From NCBI GenBank assembly GCA_030390025.1, contig CM059431.1, positions 128,032,001 to 128,096,000 on the forward strand: 64,000 bases of DNA, in the 5' to 3' direction. This stretch comes from Squalus acanthias. Its lineage: Eukaryota. A program made the translations under genes and the position numbers. Numbering within the stretch: position 1 is the stretch's first letter; each line of letters opens with the position of its first letter. Below the pieces are notes generated by a model. That model had not been told where the DNA came from, did no database searches, and saw nothing but the letters and a program-made list of their open reading frames with translations. Below, piece by piece: positions 60,249-64,000 of the stretch.

Positions 60249-61848
60249 TGTAAGGGGTCAAGGTACTGGTGCGAGGTGAGGCCTTCATTGCCTATACTAT
60301 TGCTTGCTCTGGTCTCCGGCCAGACTTTTGCAATAAGCACCTGTGAGTGGTTCGACCCACTCGCCCTTATGGTTCTGACACCTGGACTTAGATGCAAGGA
60401 GCAGTAATGCAGAGAAAAAGACTCAAATAGACCTGGTTGAATAGCACGAAATGAATGTCTTTATTGCATGGCATCTAAAATCATGAAATACATGTCATAG
60501 GCGCAGATCAAAGAGAGTACAAGTATACACACGTTCATAAAACTTGGTCTATGGAAATGGGGAACACACGACACATCGTAAAAGGGGGAACACATTATAC
60601 ATTAACCTTAGAAAAACCACCCTCCCTTAATATACCTAAACTACGTCTGGATTTGTAGGATCGGAAAACATGCTCACCACTCGGCTCACTTCGGAAATTT
60701 AAAGTGAGGCACTCAGCTCGTTTCGCTGCAGCGCCTGACTGTCACGTGGTTGTAAGGGTTTCTGCACCCCACTTGTTTACTCTCGCTGCCGCGAAAGGTA
60801 AGCCAGATTCCCTGATGTCATGAAGTGGTCGATGGATTCAGACTGGATCGTGGAGTAGTCCGTAGAATTCAAAGGAAACGGTTCATGTAGTAGTCTGTAG
60901 AATTCAAAGATGGATTCTGTCATTATAACTTCGGGCGCGGTCGGGGTTTACTGACCGCGGCGGCACATGGAATTTCTTCTCGTCTTTCTTCTGGTTACTC
61001 GGGCCTCTGGGTCCGGACACCGTTTACCGACGTTCGGGATGGTGTACCCTGTTACTTGCCCTGTCGAGGCAGCTCATTCCGATTGAGCTCCACCCAACAC
61101 TCGAATAACCGACCAGCACGGCGAAGAGTCAAGAGCCAAGCGAGCCCGAGAGGGTCCAGCCCGAGAGAGAGAGAGTCAAGGAAGAACCCAGGAAGAGAGA
61201 GAGCGATGGACATTTGTCCCCTATAGTTATACTGCTTTGTCGGCCTTATCTCCCGCTCAAATCTAAACGTTTATTCTTTGTGTGATTTTGGCACCCAAAA
61301 CTCCCAGCATGGGGTGATTATCTTCTTAACGGGTTTCGGTAACACCTGAAACTGGCCAACTATCCGTTAATACCTTCTCCATTGTTGAGCCAGCCAGGAT
61401 GTGTATGAATCGTCTCCTTGACTGGTTATGGGGCCCCCCGAATACTGGCTTAATCACCCGCCAATGTCTCTCTCATTGTTGAGCCGGGGGGGGGGTATTT
61501 GTGTATTGATGTGTCTGGATGGGTTCTCGATGGCCCAGTTCAATGATCCTTACTGTGCGTATGAAACGATTCCAGCACTTATATCATTGCTATTGTCCAG
61601 GATGCAAACGGGTTGCATCCTGCCTTTTCAATGTGTACCGAGTATGATCCGATCTCATACTGAATGTATATTCGACGCCATCTTGTCTGCCCACTGTGTC
61701 TCTGGAAGCTTCTGCCACGATGCGCGGTGGCCATTTTACAGGCTTCTGTGTCCTTTATTGTCAGGGCAGCATTTCGTTTAATAAAAATGATCAATTGAAC
61801 CTGCTTCTCTCATATTATTTTGAATCGTGATAATTGCGAAACTCTACA
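60249..61848 (-). mobile_element. Solo LTR (1600 bp) of the A/B family
   Basis: TGTA...TACA termini, perfect 4-bp TSD CTGC (60245-60248/61849-61852), collinear with 23801-25505. Confidence 0.93.
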
Positions 61849-64000
61849 CTGCAGCGCACTTGTGCCCGGTGTCTCACTACATGCAGATTCCGCCTCTAAT
61901 GTATCCTCTAAGATATGCGCAGTGTCAATTTCTGAGCTGGTGGCAGCGAGTGTGAAATCAAGAGACGCTGTGTCTTCTTCATCACTCTCTTGTTGGTGTG
62001 CCTCCACTGCCTGGCCAGGCTGCCCTTCTTGGGCATCTGAAAGGAAAAAGGTAACATTGTGGTGAGGGGATGGGGGAAAGTAAGAGGTGCACGCTTACCC
62101 CATCTGCAACTTGTAAGTCAGAAAGATTATGGGATGAGGAGGAAGTGGGATGTTAGAAGGCGGATTAGGTATGAGTATACCAACATCTTCAATGGTTTCA
62201 ACCTCGCCTCTGGTCAAGGCCTCAGCAATGGCCATTCTGATATTGGCCAGCACCGTCTCCTCCATGGAATTCAAAGCACGCAGGTATGCCTCTCCCCCCT
62301 CCAGTTAGTTCCTGTTGCCTTCCGTTGTGCGCCACCTTCTCCTGTAAGAGAGAGGGAAGTGTGTCAGTGAGTGTTGTGCAATATGTTTGGGTGATGGGCC
62401 TGTTATGATTGAATAGCTGGCAGTGTGTGGAAGCTGTGAGATGTGGGTGTGAGGCTTACAACAGTGCAAGTGTGTGATGGTGAGGTGAAGCATATGCTTG
62501 CTAGATATGAGTCCTGATTGATAGAGATTAGTGGTTGGTGATTGATTGGGGTGTGGTGATTTGAGCAGTGGCTGAGGCTAGTGGTGCAGTTGGTAGGTTA
62601 TGGCATTTGAAGATACATTCTCTAACTGTGACCACTTGTGTGAGGTCACTAAACTTCTTGCAGCACAGCATCCAGGTCTTCAGGGCTAGACTCCTGGCAT
62701 GGACCTCCACGGCTTTCTCACCATGCTTCTGGAGGGCCTCATGGCTCCCTGCGGATACAGGATGTCTCTTCATTCTAACTCCTCCACCAAGACCTCCAGT
62801 GCATCGCTAGAAAAGCTGGGTGCCCTCTCTCTCCCATGTTCAGCCATTCTTCTGTCTTTGCCAGGTCAAATTAAGCTCCCACAGGACTCCAGCACCTTCA
62901 CCAGTTATAATGCACCTTCCCTTTAAGAAGTGCAGACTAGCTTTAAGCAGTGCAGGCTAACTTTAAGTAGTGCTAGCAAGTATCGATTTTAGTCCCCCTG
63001 CTGATGTGTGAAGCCAATCAACAGCGTGTTTCACTCTGGCTGCATGCAGAAATCATGTAAATGAGTAGGTAGCACAAACATGGAGACCTGGCTCCATCAC
63101 ATCCAGCGGACGCAGGTTAATCACTCATCGCGATCCCCGTGCCCGTTTTTGGGGGCTAGCCAATTTAGCCCCATCAACCTTTTGTACTGTGTGTGACTCA
63201 CACAAGCTGTGTCGTTCATCATTTTATGAATTGTTTCCATATTACAGCCACAAAATTGTAAGACGGTGGGTTTAAAATGGTCAATGCCAGTAGCGCAAAA
63301 TGGTCTGATAGCGAATCAGTAGCTTGTTTTACACTGAGCCTCATTTTCTTTTCCATTAAAGTGTTGTGTAATTCGCCATCAGCCCGTTTTGCGCTACTGG
63401 CAATTTCACCCCTAGAAACATGCTGCAAGTACAGGTTGGAGAATTGGGCATCGCAGTCAGCAGACTATCGGTCAGAACATCGGGGGTGCAGTGTTTTAGG
63501 CATGCTGCCCTCCTCTTCCAACCAGTGACGGGAGCAGCGTTGCAAATTCAGGATTTAAAAGAGTGATTCTGCAACAGGCGCTCGTAGAAGGGAGCAGAGC
63601 ATATCGCAGGAAATTGTGACCATAATGCTCTGCCCATTAAAATTAAAATTGTCCCTTATAGCTTTTTAGATGAATTTTAGCTGGAATATTAAAATGAAGG
63701 TTTACTCTGTCCTGTGTCTTAGGAGCCTATTGTAAATACACAATATTTGATATGTGCCAGATGGGATGGATACAGGCATTAAATGGGGTGTAATGCTAGA
63801 CTAAGTTCATTCACCTTTGCTTCATGCTTGAACTAGCAAAACAAATGGCTGAGCTGCTTCTACTTCTGATCCACCCAGGTGATGGAAATAATTAATATTG
63901 ATCACTAGTCTGTGAAGAAAGTGTTGTTAGTGTTCACAATTGCACTTGCCTATTGAAAAAGGTAATTTGAGGCAAGTTAAGCCCCCTTGAGAGGTACATT

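Larger units (their letters stand above)
54690..63172. mobile_element. PIF/Harbinger transposon 3, decayed: transposase on +, Myb/SANT gene on -; interrupted by a CR1 and a solo LTR
   Basis: RPYPPRVFRE, QGAIDCTQI, YPGTSHDAFIL, IGVLKQRFRCL; TWMLCCKKFSDL on the minus strand. Left end uncertain. Confidence 0.75.

Overview
Repeat-dense vertebrate DNA; the repeat repertoire suggests a cartilaginous fish (inference). No host gene is supported. Bases 1-25505 are a nested cluster. An older minus-strand env-bearing provirus (element B) has ~1.7-kb LTRs and gag-UGA-PR-RT-tether-RNaseH-IN-long tail-env, a lokiretrovirus-like layout. Its env is interrupted by two very young insertions. Element A (1727-11096) is a related plus-strand provirus with intact gag and env but no enzymatic pol domains. 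Element C (11285-15726) is an intact Mag-like Ty3/Gypsy element. The strongest candidate for an undescribed system is the A/B pair. A looks like a pol-less, helper-dependent satellite provirus. It keeps the gag UGA-CUAG readthrough signal in frame with a new coiled-coil segment fused to the non-catalytic integrase tail. Both A and B encode an Env with an Ig V-set-like domain in front of a furin-cleaved F-like fusogen. Element C has a YLDN RT motif and no tRNA PBS, but an 11-nt segment complementary to its own LTR (possible self-priming). Bases 25.5-64 kb hold CR1/L2/Tx1 LINE fragments, three decayed two-gene PIF/Harbinger elements, MITEs, two solo LTRs and Penelope-derived inserts carrying minimal hammerhead motifs.
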